Source: the human T2T-CHM13v2.0 reference genome, Homo sapiens
NCBI RefSeq assembly: GCF_009914755.1
Contig: NC_060926.1
Direction: 5' to 3' (one strand)
DNA length: 64,000 nucleotides
Shown here piece after piece: positions 51,460-64,000 of the stretch. Both the position numbers and the translations under genes were made by a program. Each line of letters starts with the position of its first letter. Within the stretch, counting starts at the first letter, position 1. Under the pieces are notes generated by a model, which saw nothing but the letters and a program-made list of their open reading frames with translations, was not told where the DNA came from and ran no database searches.

Positions 51460-52034
51460 TACCTGCAACTGGTGGAAGGGATAGAAATGTTGCTTTTTGA
51501 GAATTGTAATGAAAAGTCAGAATTCTCACTTGATTTGGTAGAAGAAAATTAGTCTGTTTAGCAAACATGACCTACAAACTGATTAATGTTGTGGGTGACA
51601 ATGCTCTCTCCAGAGGGCATGGTTGCATTTCAGTTGCCATTGCATCCTACCGTAATCATGTCATTTCTTATTTGATTTAAATTATAAGACAAAGCCTCAG
51701 AGGCTGGAAGTGGCTTTGGTGCTACACAGCAAACAAGTGGCAAAACTGAAATCTAAAGTCTAGGGTTTCTGACTCCCAGAGCAGGACCATATTCTTTAAA
51801 CAATTATGGGATGCCTCTGATGTGCCAGGAACCATGCTAGGCACTATTATACTGTCATCCCACCCCCAGATCTTCAAAGGCAGAGAAACTCAGTTCTTCC
51901 ATTTTACTGCCTTAGCCCAGGATCCTATGATCCTATGATCCTGTGTGATCTCCTACACAGTAAGCACTTGACTAGAGTTGGATTTAATCAGGGGTGGGCT
52001 CCTGATGGGAAAATTTCTTTGTCCTTACCTGGCA

Positions 52035-52460
52035 TATGTTATGGGTTGAACTGTGTCCCCCTCCTAAATCCATGTGAGGCCCCTGAACATTTCTGAATGT
52101 GATCTTATTAGAAGATAGGGTCATTGCAGATGTTAGTAGTAAAGTTGTATAATACAGTTGTGTAATTAGTAAAATTGTGGTGCTGCCCAGGTGCCTAAAA
52201 GTGAGCCTGAGGTCATGAGGGTGGATGCTAATCCAGGATGGCTGGCATGTTTATAAGAAGTGGATACGACCCACAAACATGCTTAAGGGGAAGATGATGT
52301 GAAGACGTAGGGAGAAGACGGCCATCGCCAAGCCAAGGAGAGAGGCCTGGAACCAATCCTTCCCTCATAGCCCTCAGAAGGAAGCAACCCTGCTGCACCT
52401 TGGTCTTGGACTTTCAGCCTTCAGAGATAGAAGATGATAAATTCCTGTTGTTTAAGCCAA
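52035..52460 (+). mobile_element. MaLR LTR (MLT1B-like)
   Basis: tgttatgggttgaactgtgtcccc; aagccaaggagagaggcctggaac; cctcagaaggaagcaaccctgct. Confidence 0.8.
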
Positions 52461-52465
52461 AATGA

Positions 52466-52523
52466 AACACACACACATGCATGCATACATGCACATGCGT
52501 GCACACATGCACACATACATATA
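52466..52523. repeat. Alternating purine-pyrimidine (CA/TG/CG) tract
   Basis: About 58 nt of continuous RY alternation. Confidence 0.85.
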
Positions 52524-54208
52524 CTATATGTGATATATGACAAAGTGGAAATCTTCAGTACTCTCTACTATGACCAATGACACCTCTAGCACCTAGAGGT
52601 CAGGATTAAGTGGAGGGGAGAAATGGTGCCCATTTTCATTACAGGAACCTCAAAGTTGTGAGTTGATAATTCTGTACCTTTTCAGTTTATTGCAAAAAAA
52701 AACCTTACTGAGTACATACTATGTAACATACACCTTGCTGGGTATACAAAAGTAAATTAAGACGCATTACCAAGAAAAGTAAAGAAATAATTATACTCCA
52801 GTGCAAGAGGCACATGAGGGTGCTGTTCCAGCTCAGAACAGGGAAGTCAAAGAAAAATTTCCTGAAGAAGACTTCTGGGTTGAGTCTTGCAGCATAAGTA
52901 GAAATTAGCCAAGAGGAGAAGGGAAAGAATGGTGTACAGCCAAAAGCAGTGAGATGTGAAATAATGCATTCCATTATGTTTTCTCTGGAAAGGACAGACG
53001 TGCAACACCTATGCATGCGCCCAGTCCTCACCTTCACCCATCCTGCGCCCTAGGTGGAAGATATGGTCTGGCTTCTGTAGAGGCCCTCACCATGTAAGAT
53101 GACTCCCCTCCTTCCCAGCTTGTATTATCACCCGACAAACACAGGGGCAGGGGCTCCCATGAAAACCCCCTAACATCTGCTTATTTCAGGAGATATGCAC
53201 TCATACTTACCTAATGCAGAGAGAAGTGAATTTTCTGCTATAAGTATTGCATTAAATGGTTTGAGGGAGATATTGCACTTAAGAGAGAGGGGCATTTTAA
53301 GTCAGAGTAGAGAGGTGGAAAGTAAGGTCCTTGGGCTGCCTCTGAGGATGTGGAGGGAGGGAAGGCTGGGAGCAGCAGGTGAGAGGGCTGCCCTGTGGGG
53401 GCATTTATGTTAAATACTGGCTGCTTGGGAAGGCAGTCTGTTGGAGAGAAGAGAGATGCCAGGCTGCTTTAGCAGCAATGAAAATCAGTTCATTAGAAAT
53501 AACAATACCAGCAGGTCATGAGAAATGAAAATATTTTGGCAGCTGTGGAGCTATTGTGCTGCTTGGGCACCTGTAGCTGAAGGACCCTCCTGTCTTTCTT
53601 GCCTGGTTGAGAACCACAGGCATAGTGTTTCCTCCAAGGTTTCTAGCCTTCAGGCCAACAAGGTACAGAGAACAGTGCTCTCCAGGCCCTATTTTCCCTG
53701 GCTAATTAGGTGAGTGCTGGGGGCTCCAGGGGAGGAGGGCATGAACGGTCTTGATTCAGGCTCCTTGTATGAATAAATACTGTTTAGAAGGGAGATAGAT
53801 ATTTATACAAACACTTTAGTGATTTCACTTCTTGGTGTCCACACTAAGGCATATACAAATGTTAATGGGCAAGAAAAATGTTAATTAAAAATATGAAGTA
53901 ATCTAGTATTCAAGTATAGGAACATGGGTAAATAAAATAAATATGATACTTCAATGAAATTTAATAATTGTAAGCATGTTTAAAATTACTTTAATGACAT
54001 AGGAGTTTCCATGAAATGATGCAAAGTAGAAAATTCAAGATACAAAATTGTATCTTGAATGAATAGTGAAGTGTAGTTATTGAAACTACAGGTAATAACA
54101 CATTAGTGGGTCTTGCAATCAGTTTAGTAGGTTGCAAAAAATATTTTTTAAGAAATGAAACAAGATAGAAACTATCAGAATTTATTGCAAGTAATAAGGG
54201 TAAGTCTT

Positions 54209-54639
54209 TGGCATAATTTGGATGTTTGGATATGGGTTGGTCGTTCCCACCAAACGTCATGTTGAAATTTGATCCCCATTGTTTGAGGTGAGGCCTGACA
54301 GGGGTGTTTTGGTCATGAGGGTGGATCCCCCATGAATAGATTAATAATGCCCTCCCTGGGGTCGGGGTTGAGTGAATTCTTGCTCTATGAGTTCCCTGAA
54401 AAGCTGGTTGTTAAAGATCCTGGCACCCTGCCCTGTCTTGCTTCCTCTCTTTCCATGTGATCTCTGCACACCAGCTCCCCTTTGCCTCCACCACGAGTGG
54501 AAGCAGCCTGAGGCCCTCCCCATATGTCCAGTCTTGAACCTTCCAACCAGCAGAATCATGAGCCAAATAAACCTTTTGTTTCAAATAAATTATTCAGCCT
54601 CAGGTATTCCTTTATAGCAACACTAAATGGACTAAGACA
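54209..54639 (+). mobile_element. MaLR LTR (MSTB-like) interrupting an older DNA-transposon-like fragment
   Basis: catgttgaaatttgatcccc; gatcccccatgaatagattaat; ends aaatggactaagaca; flanks gggtaagt / tattgttttgtgaac are collinear. Confidence 0.8.
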
Positions 54640-55068
54640 GTATTGTTTTGTGAACTTTTTTCTCAGTAATGTAAAATCTATATGTTATTGGGCTATAGTC
54701 AAAGAAATCTGAAAAGCAGTAGAATATATATTATGTTCTGAATTTTGTTAAAATAAATGTATAATAAATTTAAAAGGAATATATTGCCGTCAATATATTA
54801 ACAGGGATTGCTTCTGAGTGGGGGATTACTAATGCTTTGTTTGTTTATTTCTGCTTTTCTGAGACTTTAAATTTTTTAATAAGCATGTATTAGTTTCATT
54901 CTTAAGACAAAAAAAAACAACCTGAACGCTATTATAAAAGTAAAGTAACACAATACACTGATAATCACAGCATGATGAGAGGCCATGGCTCATTTCGGGG
55001 GATTATCTTGAGTCTTACTGTTGCCATCCCTTGTAAGGTGTTAAAGATCATGTTTAAAAATATGTCTC

Positions 55069-56000
<932 letters not shown>

Positions 56001-59000
56001 CAGGATAATGGTGTGGGACTGTTCTGAAGGGGGCGACCTGATGTTCCTCCCTTACTACCCACTTTTATAGGGAATGTATATGAATCTACAGCAGATCAAT
56101 GAAAATGAGAGCTGACATTTGATGCCATTCCCTGAGTACATTCTATGCACCATTTGTACCATTTATTTGTTGACCCATGTACACATGCATTCAGCACAAG
56201 TTTAATGGTCTCCAGGGTGTGCTAGTGTGGCACAGGGACAACATATCCACAGCTGGACTGAGGAGCTCTATTTTTCAGACCAAAATGATGCCCAGAGGGA
56301 TTCAGCATGTTCTGCACAGTTTGTGGGTGGCAGAGTTGGAATTCATGCCCAGTCTCCTACTCTTTCTCATTGTTTCCCTAAGTCATCAGTAAATGCATGT
56401 TTACAAATTGAACCAATAGGCCCAAAGGCGAGCTATTGAATGATTTTCCAGCTTCTAGCACCCTGAAAGGCTTACTGTTGTTTTGATGAATTCACATGTT
56501 ATGTGTCCCACCATTTGGGCATGTGCCATGGTAGACGTTACTATTCAATCACAGCCCTCTGCTCTATGATCCAGAGGGATACAGCTCCATAACTCTTTTA
56601 AGCGTAGTGCTGTGGGAAGCCTTTGGCTGAGGACTGACTCATTATAGCACATCAGAGGAAAACTGAGGCCAGAATTAGGGTTTGAAGACCAAGGACTCTG
56701 AAGAATTAAATTAAATAGATCAGAAATGGGCTGGGTTTAATCAACATTTTGAAAGCCACTTCCTTTGGTTGTGTTTCATTTACCACATGGTATGGATGGA
56801 CAGTTTTGACAATTAATGAAATCTACTTATTAATGACACTTTCTTCTTTCTATCTTTATCATTATTATTGATTCATTTGTATCTTTTTCATTCATCCAAT
56901 AAGCAATTATTGTCTTCTTCCTTTATAAAAGTGGATGTTGTAAGTGGGAGATAGACACCTCAATGAAATCTGTCCTCTGCTCTCCTTGAGCTCAGAACGA
57001 ATACAATTTTCATATTCTTTGCCTGACTTTATTTTCCAATCTCTCTTCTATGTGGTGGGAAACTTCTCTGGCCTCTTTGGAACAAACACAGGCTGATTTA
57101 GATGTCTGTATAGAATTCTAGTGCTGCTTGATGCTTGGATTCAGAAAAAATTAGAAAAAGATTGAAAAGAAATAAGCTCCCACATGTAACTTGACGCCAT
57201 TTACTCACTGACCTACAAGTACATTCAACACATTTTGCCTGGGCTCTCTAGTGTGCTCATGATTATAGGATATAAAGGTGAGTAAAGCAAGTACCTGCCC
57301 TCCAAGAATTTACCATCCAGTGGTGAGTATTTACAAATGTCTGCAGTACAAGGAAGTTGTAATAAGCATCCTGAGTGGAATAAACATTTAAAAGGAAAAA
57401 GAAATACACAAAGCTTTCAGAACCCACCTTTCCCCCCTAACCCGAGTCTCCCCCGGGCTCTGGCTCCCAAGCTGCCCTCCCCTGTACCTGGCTCTGCCTC
57501 AGGCTGGTACCTGCTATTTCTGCCTCAACTCACCTTCCACCAGCCCTCATGTCTCCTGCAGTCCCTTTTCTGGGGCTCCTCTCCGTGGAGCTCCTCAGTA
57601 CTCCCCATGGCCTATTTTTGTAGGTGTTGTGCATAAATCCAAAGCAGGTGAGTGAAGCTGAGAGCTGAAGAAAAGAATCTAGGCTTCTCAGCAGGATGCA
57701 CAGGGCCCTCCAGGGTTTGGCCATGGCTGAACATGCAGCCGCGTCGAGCTCACCCTTCCACAATCCTCAGTTGCAACCATCCTGGATGGATTCCTGAGCT
57801 CTCTGGGCGAGCCCAGGGTGCATATCTCGTGCCTCTGCAGGGGTCCCTGGCCCCACTCAGGTTGTCCCTGAGGCTCAGCTAAGGGCCTGCCTGGGTCTGG
57901 CACAGTGCCCACTGTTCTCAAAGTCTGAGGTAGCATCTACTATGCCCTTCCTGGCATCTCATTGAACTCTTGAGACTTCTCCCACAGTGCCTGGATATTT
58001 ACTTGGGTGTATTTTAATTTGTATGCACAGCACTCTCCCCATAGCCCTGGAAATAGCTGAAGGAAAAAAGACTGCACCTTCATTGCTGTTCCCCAGGGTT
58101 AGATCAGTGCACTCACTGTGTTGAATGAATGGATGGATTTGTCAGTGCCCTATGGTGATTGAGAGGGAGGAAAGATGAGGAGTCTGATGTGATTTAAGGA
58201 AACATTTCAAGTCCCGAAAAGTGTGCACGGAGGGCCATATGTACCAGGCACTGGTTATGTCCTGGGAAAACATTTGCATAAGGCTCAAAATTGTCTTAGC
58301 CATTCATGAAAGCATGAATTCTGGGGCAGAGGTAATAGAGACAACAAAGTCATAACAATGGAAAGCCTACTTAGAAAATGAAGGACTGATTGGGCTTCAG
58401 CTTTTATTCACTCATTTATCTGCTCCCAAACATGCATCGAGCATCTCGAGTGGAGCCCTGTGTGCATTCTGGTAAGACTGGATGGATCAAGGGATTTCCT
58501 GCCCTTGAGAAGCTTGCAGAATCCTGGGAGAGAGATATTTCCACACATAGTTACAGTATGCCCTCCCGGGGAACTCTTGACCTGGGGAAAAGAGCCAGGA
58601 AAGATGTGTTTGAGCTGTGCCTGCCTAGATGTCACTTCCAGTGTGAGGAGCCAAGAGAAGGTGGCACGATGCAGGAGGCAAGTGGCAAGGATCCTCTTAT
58701 TTGAGCCTAGTGTGATGAGAAGGCAGATGTGTTAAGATGTACATTTCTTATGTCTTTTTTAGCTTTTTTTTTTCAATAAGAATGTAGTATTTGATTGTAG
58801 GAATAAGGCTTCAATAATCAAGTTTGCTTGTATGCTTAATGAGAGCATGTGATGCCTGCCACCTGGGTGGTGTGAACCAAGCATTTACCCTACAGTTAGG
58901 GCAGGCAGGCCCCCTGCGTCATGCAATAATGCCTTCCACAATACCTCATGACGCTGGGGATGGAGGTAGAGACAGCACCTTACTGACCAGGGGTTAGTGT

Positions 59001-59162
59001 TCTGGTGTTGGGGGTGCCATTGGAGGCCTAGGTGCAAACAGGTGAGCATGTACAGCACATTCCAAGTGCTACTTTACCGGTGGGTAGAGGGGGCCCTGAG
59101 AGCACAGCAAAGGGGTGCCTGGCCCCCTGGGGAGAGTCAGGGCACATGGACAGTCATAAGGC

Positions 59163-59543
59163 GTTACAGAATGAATTGTGTCTTCCCCCAAAATTCATAC
59201 GTTGAAGTTATAACCCTGAGCACTTCAGAATGGGTCTGTATTTGGAGACAGGACCTTTAAAGAGGTAACTAGGGTAAAATGATGTCACAGGGCTGGGCCC
59301 TAATCCAAGGTGACTGGTGTCCTTATAATAAGAGATGGGGACACAGACACGTGCAGAGGGAAGGCCATGTGAGGACACAGGGAGGACACCGTCAGTGGGC
59401 CAAGAAGAGAGGCCTCAGGAGAAACAACCCCACTGGCACCTTGACCACGGACTTCAGCCTCCGGCAGCCTTGGGGAATCAGCTTCAGTGTTTGGAGTCAC
59501 CCAGCCTCTGGTGTTGGTTACCGCAGCCCCCTCTGACTAATAC
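59163..59543 (+). mobile_element. MaLR LTR (MLT1A-like)
   Basis: gaattgtgtcttcccccaaaattcatacgttgaag; ccctaatccaaggtgactggtgtccttataa; ends gactaatac. Confidence 0.8.
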
Positions 59544-59849
59544 CTAAGGTAACACAAGGCATCCAATGGCGGTGCATTGAAGAGACAGTGGGATTTTTAG
59601 GGGACATGCCTATGTTTCAGGACCTAAAGAATGTCCTGGTATTTAGGGAAAGTGGTTTGGGCTCTCAGACACAGAGGAAGCTTGAGCTGGGTGAGCAAAA
59701 TAAACCACCCCTGCAAGCATCCTTCACCCGGCCCCACAGTTCAACCTGCTCTTGTCCCTGGGAGCACTTACATGGTTTCACCCCCTGTCTTGTAAGCATT
59801 TGTTTCATCATGTCACCGCAGTACTAGAAGGCGAAGTGGGACCCGGAGC

Positions 59850-60750
59850 TAGCCGGCATATTGTTTCTCAGCAGCTAAGTCAGCCTGAAGGAAGAAGCCT
59901 GGGCTGCTCTGTGCAATGACGCCACTGAGGGCCCAGCGGGGCCGTGACCCTCAGGGGACCCAGGAGCAGAGCTGGGGAGAGACAGGCGCACAGGAACTAC
60001 AGGTGACATCCGCTGGAGGAGCGTGGCGCAGGGTGCGCGCTGGTGCCAGCAGAGCCGGAGCTCGTGGTGCTCTGGGCACAACCTCGCCTTTGGTCGTGGT
60101 TTTCCCGTTGAATAATGCTGCAGAGGACAGCGAGAAAGGATAGTGTGACAAATGCATCGCATATGACAGCTCACAGATCGCCTCTGCGCCCAAGCCTCAT
60201 GAAAACCGCACTCCTCTCCTGGGACACAGACGCCAGCGCCACCCCCACCCTGGCCAGGCAAACGCGCCTGGGGCTGGCGGGTGAGGTCTTCCAGCTGCAG
60301 ACCCCAGCCAGGCCCTCCCTCCTGCAGGTGCCTCCTGGCTGCTCGATTTGAGGCTCAAGCTGTTTCTGTGCCCAGCCAGTGTGGCTCCTTACCGAGCTCG
60401 CCCAGAACCCGGACTGTGCAGCCCAGGCTTTCTCTGCACCCGGTGACGCCAGGCGACTTTTCTGCGTGGCTGCTGAGGTCGCAGGAAAGTGAGCTTCAGA
60501 GGAAGTGGCCTCGGCGGCGTTGGTGTGTTTTAAGACTGGGATCGCGCTCCTGTATGCCTGGTCACCCCTGTGTGAGCCGCGCTTGGCGCCTGTCTCCTCC
60601 CTAGCAGCCAGGGACCGTGCCCTGCGCTGGGAAGGGCGGCCTAACTGTCGGGAAGGCGCCCCTGCCTCTCAGCTGCAAGCACAAGCGATTGTGCCTGACT
60701 TTACTCAGCTGTGACAGGGGTGCGGTAATCCCCATCACTCGAGATTGTCC
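59850..60750. promoter_or_regulatory. Non-repeat CpG/GC-rich island (candidate promoter or enhancer)
   Basis: Visibly dense CpG (gggtgcgcgctgg, aacgcgcctg, tcggcggcgtt, atcgcgct) compared with CpG-depleted flanks; no repeat motifs recognised. Confidence 0.6.
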
Positions 60751-61134
60751 TGAGAATTAAAGAAGACAGAAAGAACGGGAAGTGACCGCTGTATGGGGAG
60801 GCCCTGGCTCAGGCCTTCCAGAGGGGAACCAGACACGACAGAGCAAAGCCAGTCCCCCTCCCCTGATGTTTCTCCCGCTCAAACTGCTGCTGTCTCCTCC
60901 CCGTTCCCAGTGAAGCTCTTCTGTTTCATGCTTCTTCTTAAGTTATGAAATATATAATGTGTGCAGAAAGGTAGACTTTGCCAACTGCCAGAGTTTTGCC
61001 CTCCACCAATTACGTAAACCGTGACTTTTTATATGTACATTTGAAGCTCTTTTGTGGTTCTTCCCTGCCCACGAGGAATGCCTGTTCTCTAACTTCAGCA
61101 TTTCACAGTCTCATGCATGTTTTAAACTTTTTCA

Positions 61135-61300
61135 GCCGGGTGCGGTGGTTCACGCCTGTAATCCCAGAACTTTGGGAGGCAGAGGCGGGCAGATCAGGAG
61201 GTCAGGAGTTCGACACCAGCCTGGTCAACATGGCGAAACCCCGTCTCTACCAATAATATAAAAATTAGCCGGGGCGTGGTGGCGGGCGCCTGTAATCCCA
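61135..61300 (+). mobile_element. AluS truncated early in the right arm
   Basis: Left arm, linker and ggcgggcgcctgtaatccca, then an abrupt switch to LTR12 sequence. Confidence 0.88.
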
Positions 61301-62360
61301 CTTGTTCATTCCTCCCGTCCGGAGTTCGTGGTCTCGTTGGCCTCAGGAATAAAGCTGTAGACCCTTGCAGTGAGTGTTACAGCTCATAAAAGCAGCACAG
61401 ACCCAAAGAGTGAGCAGCAGCAAGATTTATTGCAAAGAGCGAATGAACAAAGCTTCCATAGCAGGGAAGGGGACCCCAGCGGGTTGCCGCTGCTGGCTCT
61501 GGTCGCCTGCTTTTATTCACTTATCTGGTCCCACTCACATCCTGCTGCTTGGTCCATTTTACAGAGAGCCGATTGGTCCATTTTACAGAGAGCTGATAGG
61601 TCCGTTGTGACAGAATGCTGATTGGTGCATTTACAAACTTTTAGCTAGACACAGAGTGCTGATAGGTGCGTTTACAATCTTTTAGCTAGACACAAAAGTC
61701 CTCTAAGTCCTCACCAGATTAGCTATACATAGAGTGCTGATTGATGCTTTTACAAACCTTTAGCTAGACACAGAGTGCTGATTGGTGCATTTACAATCCT
61801 TTATCTAGACAGAAAAGTTCTCCAAGTCCCCACCTGATTAGCTAGACACAGAGTGCTGATTGGTGCATTTACAAACCTTTAGCTAGACACAGAGTGCTGA
61901 TTGGTGCATTTACAATCTGGCTACTTTAGCTAGCCAGAAAAGTTCTCCAAGTCCCCACCCATCCCAGAAGCCCAGCCAACCTCACCTCTCACTGGCACTG
62001 GCCACGGGACTTTGCGGCACCTCGCCCGGGCACTCTGGCAGCCCAGAGGGAGCTCATCACCTGATCAAGCCCAGCAAGTGCCAGCCGGCTGCGCTGAGGG
62101 TGGGGCCTGCCAAGCCTGCGCCCACCCCAAACCCACGCTGGCCCGCGAGTGCCACGTGCAGCCCCAGGTGCCGCCCGTGCCTCTCCCTCCACACCTCCCT
62201 GCGAGCAGAGGGAGCCGGCTCCGGCCCTGACCAGCCCCAGAGAAGGGCCCCCACAGTGCAGAGGTGGGCTGAAGGGCTCCTCGAGCAGGGCCATAGCAGA
62301 TGCCGAGGCCCAGGAGGCACCGAGAGCGAGCGAAGGCTATTAGCACGTCATCACCTCTCA
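61301..62360 (-). mobile_element. LTR12-family (HERV9) 3' LTR with truncated U5
   Basis: Minus strand starts TGAGAGGTGA directly after the PPT; GC-rich 5' block; tandem CCAAT units; AATAAA boxes at ~61511 and ~61426. Confidence 0.92.
61565..61935 (-). promoter_or_regulatory. LTR12 U3 tandem ~41-bp units with CCAAT (NF-Y) boxes
   Basis: Repeats of tagctagacacagagtgctgattggtgcatttacaaacctt. Confidence 0.85.
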
Positions 62361-63537
62361 ATCCCCCCCTCTAAACAGGACAGCCCAACTGCTGTTGGGA
62401 ATTTGGCCGATGACCACTCTAGCTACTTCCTGCTGGATAGGGGTGAAGAAGTGGCCCTGCAGTTGTAGTGTCCTCCAGAGGGGAACTCTTTAGGCCAGTG
62501 GAAGGGCTAGCGGGTCGGTCCAGGGGTCCTCGGTAGATGGTAAGACCATCTGTAGCTTGATGGCCTTGATTCTAGAAGAAACAAATTTGACACGAAGGTT
62601 AAAGATACAGGGCCCAAAGGCGAGTAACAGCAAGATGGCTGCCACAGGACCTAGAAAGGGGAGAAGCCAGGTTGCCCAACTCCAGAGGTTGGTATAAGAG
62701 TTTGAAAGTCATTATCTGATTTCAGAAGCCTTTTCCTGTAAACACCAGGTGGCATCTCCTACTATCCCTGACTGGTCAGTGTAAAAACAACACTGTTCCC
62801 CTAAGAAGGTGCAGAGTCCTCCTTTTTCAGCAGTGAGGAGGTCTAGGCCTTGGTGGTTTTGGAGAGTCACTGCTGCCAAAGAGTCTATTTGGGACTGTAA
62901 AGTAAAGATAGATTTCGTTATTTCTTGCAAACTGTCTGAGAGATCCTTTGAGAGTGTGTGGTAGTAGGACAGTGAAGTAGATAAACTGGCTATTCTGGTT
63001 CCTGTAACAGTAGCCATTCCTAACCCTATAAGTAGGGGTATTAGTTGTATGGCTCTGCACTGACGGACTTGAGCTTTGAGGGGTACTGATAAGGTTTGAC
63101 TTCCTGGGGCAATGTTAATGTTGGGACTTAGAAAGACTAAGGCACAGGTGCCTGTCCAGTTAGTGGGGCGGCAGATATAGGTCAAAGATCCACATAAATA
63201 GAATATGCCTTGGCTGGGTAGAAAGAAATTTACCCTGGCTTTTAAAGGAATAGGGTACACTGTTTTTTATTTACTACTTCCATCTCTCTTTCTTTCTCTT
63301 TGACTTCTTCTTTGTCTCTCTCTTTCTCTCTGACTCCCTATTTGCCACTCTCTTCCTCTATCTCTCTGACTTTCTGCCTCCATCTCTTCCTCTTTCTGTG
63401 TCTCTCTCTTTCCTTCTGCTGGTCTTTCCCGGCCTCTGCCAGCCGCTTATGCTGCTGTTCTCCCCTCTCCTTCCCCTTTTTGATGGCTTTGGACCAGTAA
63501 AACTGCCACCTCCTTGGGTTTTTGCACTGCGTGCAAT
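62361..63537 (-). mobile_element. HERV9 internal fragment (pol remnant, purine-rich tract, env TM, PPT)
   Basis: PPT AGAGGGGGGGAT at 62361-62372; env homology; no 5' LTR or gag. Confidence 0.85.
62520..63260 (-). pseudogene. env: HERV9 env remnant (SU C-terminus plus TM ectodomain open for 182 codons, stop before the anchor)
   Basis: RQCR (degenerate furin site), fusion peptide AIQLIPLLIGLGMA, ISD LQNHQGLDLLTAEKGGLC, CX6CC; membrane-anchor codons lie past the stop at 62712-62714. Confidence 0.88.
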
Positions 63538-63598
63538 GCTAGTACATGTGTCGAGGGCCTTAGAAGCAAAGTGTTCTTTAAACAGCAAGTCTTGACCT

Positions 63599-63691
63599 AT
63601 TAGTGGAGCATTAAATCTAGTAGTGAGTAAGGCCAGCATTATGGCCATTAGTGGAACATTAAATCTAGTAGTGGGTAAGGCCAGCATTATG
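63599..63691. repeat. Two-copy tandem repeat, period 48
   Basis: attagtgga(g/a)cattaaatctagtagtg(a/g)gtaaggccagcattatg at 63599 and 63647. Confidence 0.92.
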
Positions 63692-64000
63692 AAGAGATGT
63701 AGTAAAATAGAATTTTAAAAGCCAGTGTGTCACATGTGGTAAGGGTAAGTATTTTTCATGGAAATACACACAGATACATATATATCATACACATATATAT
63801 GTTCTGTTTATTGGTTAATGATGTAAAACGGATTTTCACTGGATCCAGTGAGAAGCATTTAGAAGCTGTAGTTCTAGTTGTATTCCCAAGAGAAATTTTC
63901 TGTTCACATGGTAGACTCATCTTCCAACGTGGTAGATATTTCCAGATTCATCTCCAAAGTGGTTGTGGCAATTTTTATACCACCCTACCTCTATTTATTT

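Noticed and set aside
61565-61935. Regular ~41-bp repeats superficially like a CRISPR array
   Set aside because: No unique spacers, eukaryotic context, and these are the known LTR12 U3 tandem units.
63270-63480. CT-rich polypyrimidine tract as a novel triplex element
   Set aside because: It lies within the HERV9 internal sequence, where a purine-rich tract is usual.

Overview
Primate, very probably human, genomic DNA: it carries AluYa5 and AluYg6 elements with all their diagnostic bases. The window looks intergenic or intronic, and I cannot support any host protein-coding exon or RNA gene. The segment from about 8.4 to 31.8 kb is a nested pile of retroelements. It includes a full-length young L1 on the minus strand (25048-31097, 15-bp TSD) with open ORF1, ORF2 and ORF0 but a D205E change at a catalytic endonuclease residue. 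Facing it tail-to-tail is an older L1PA4/5-type element (15053-20309, +) that has lost its 3' end. At about 4.9-6.0 kb, a ~300-bp inverted copy of nearby unique DNA sits inside an AluJ, forming a long hairpin-capable inverted repeat. The right end holds an orphan CpG-rich island (~59.85-60.75 kb) next to an HERV9 fragment (env TM plus 3' LTR12) that is truncated at both ends. I found no demonstrable new multi-gene system; the best leads are these structural and retroelement oddities. Repeat subfamily names come from recalled consensus sequences and boundaries of old repeats are approximate; both need RepeatMasker/Dfam confirmation.
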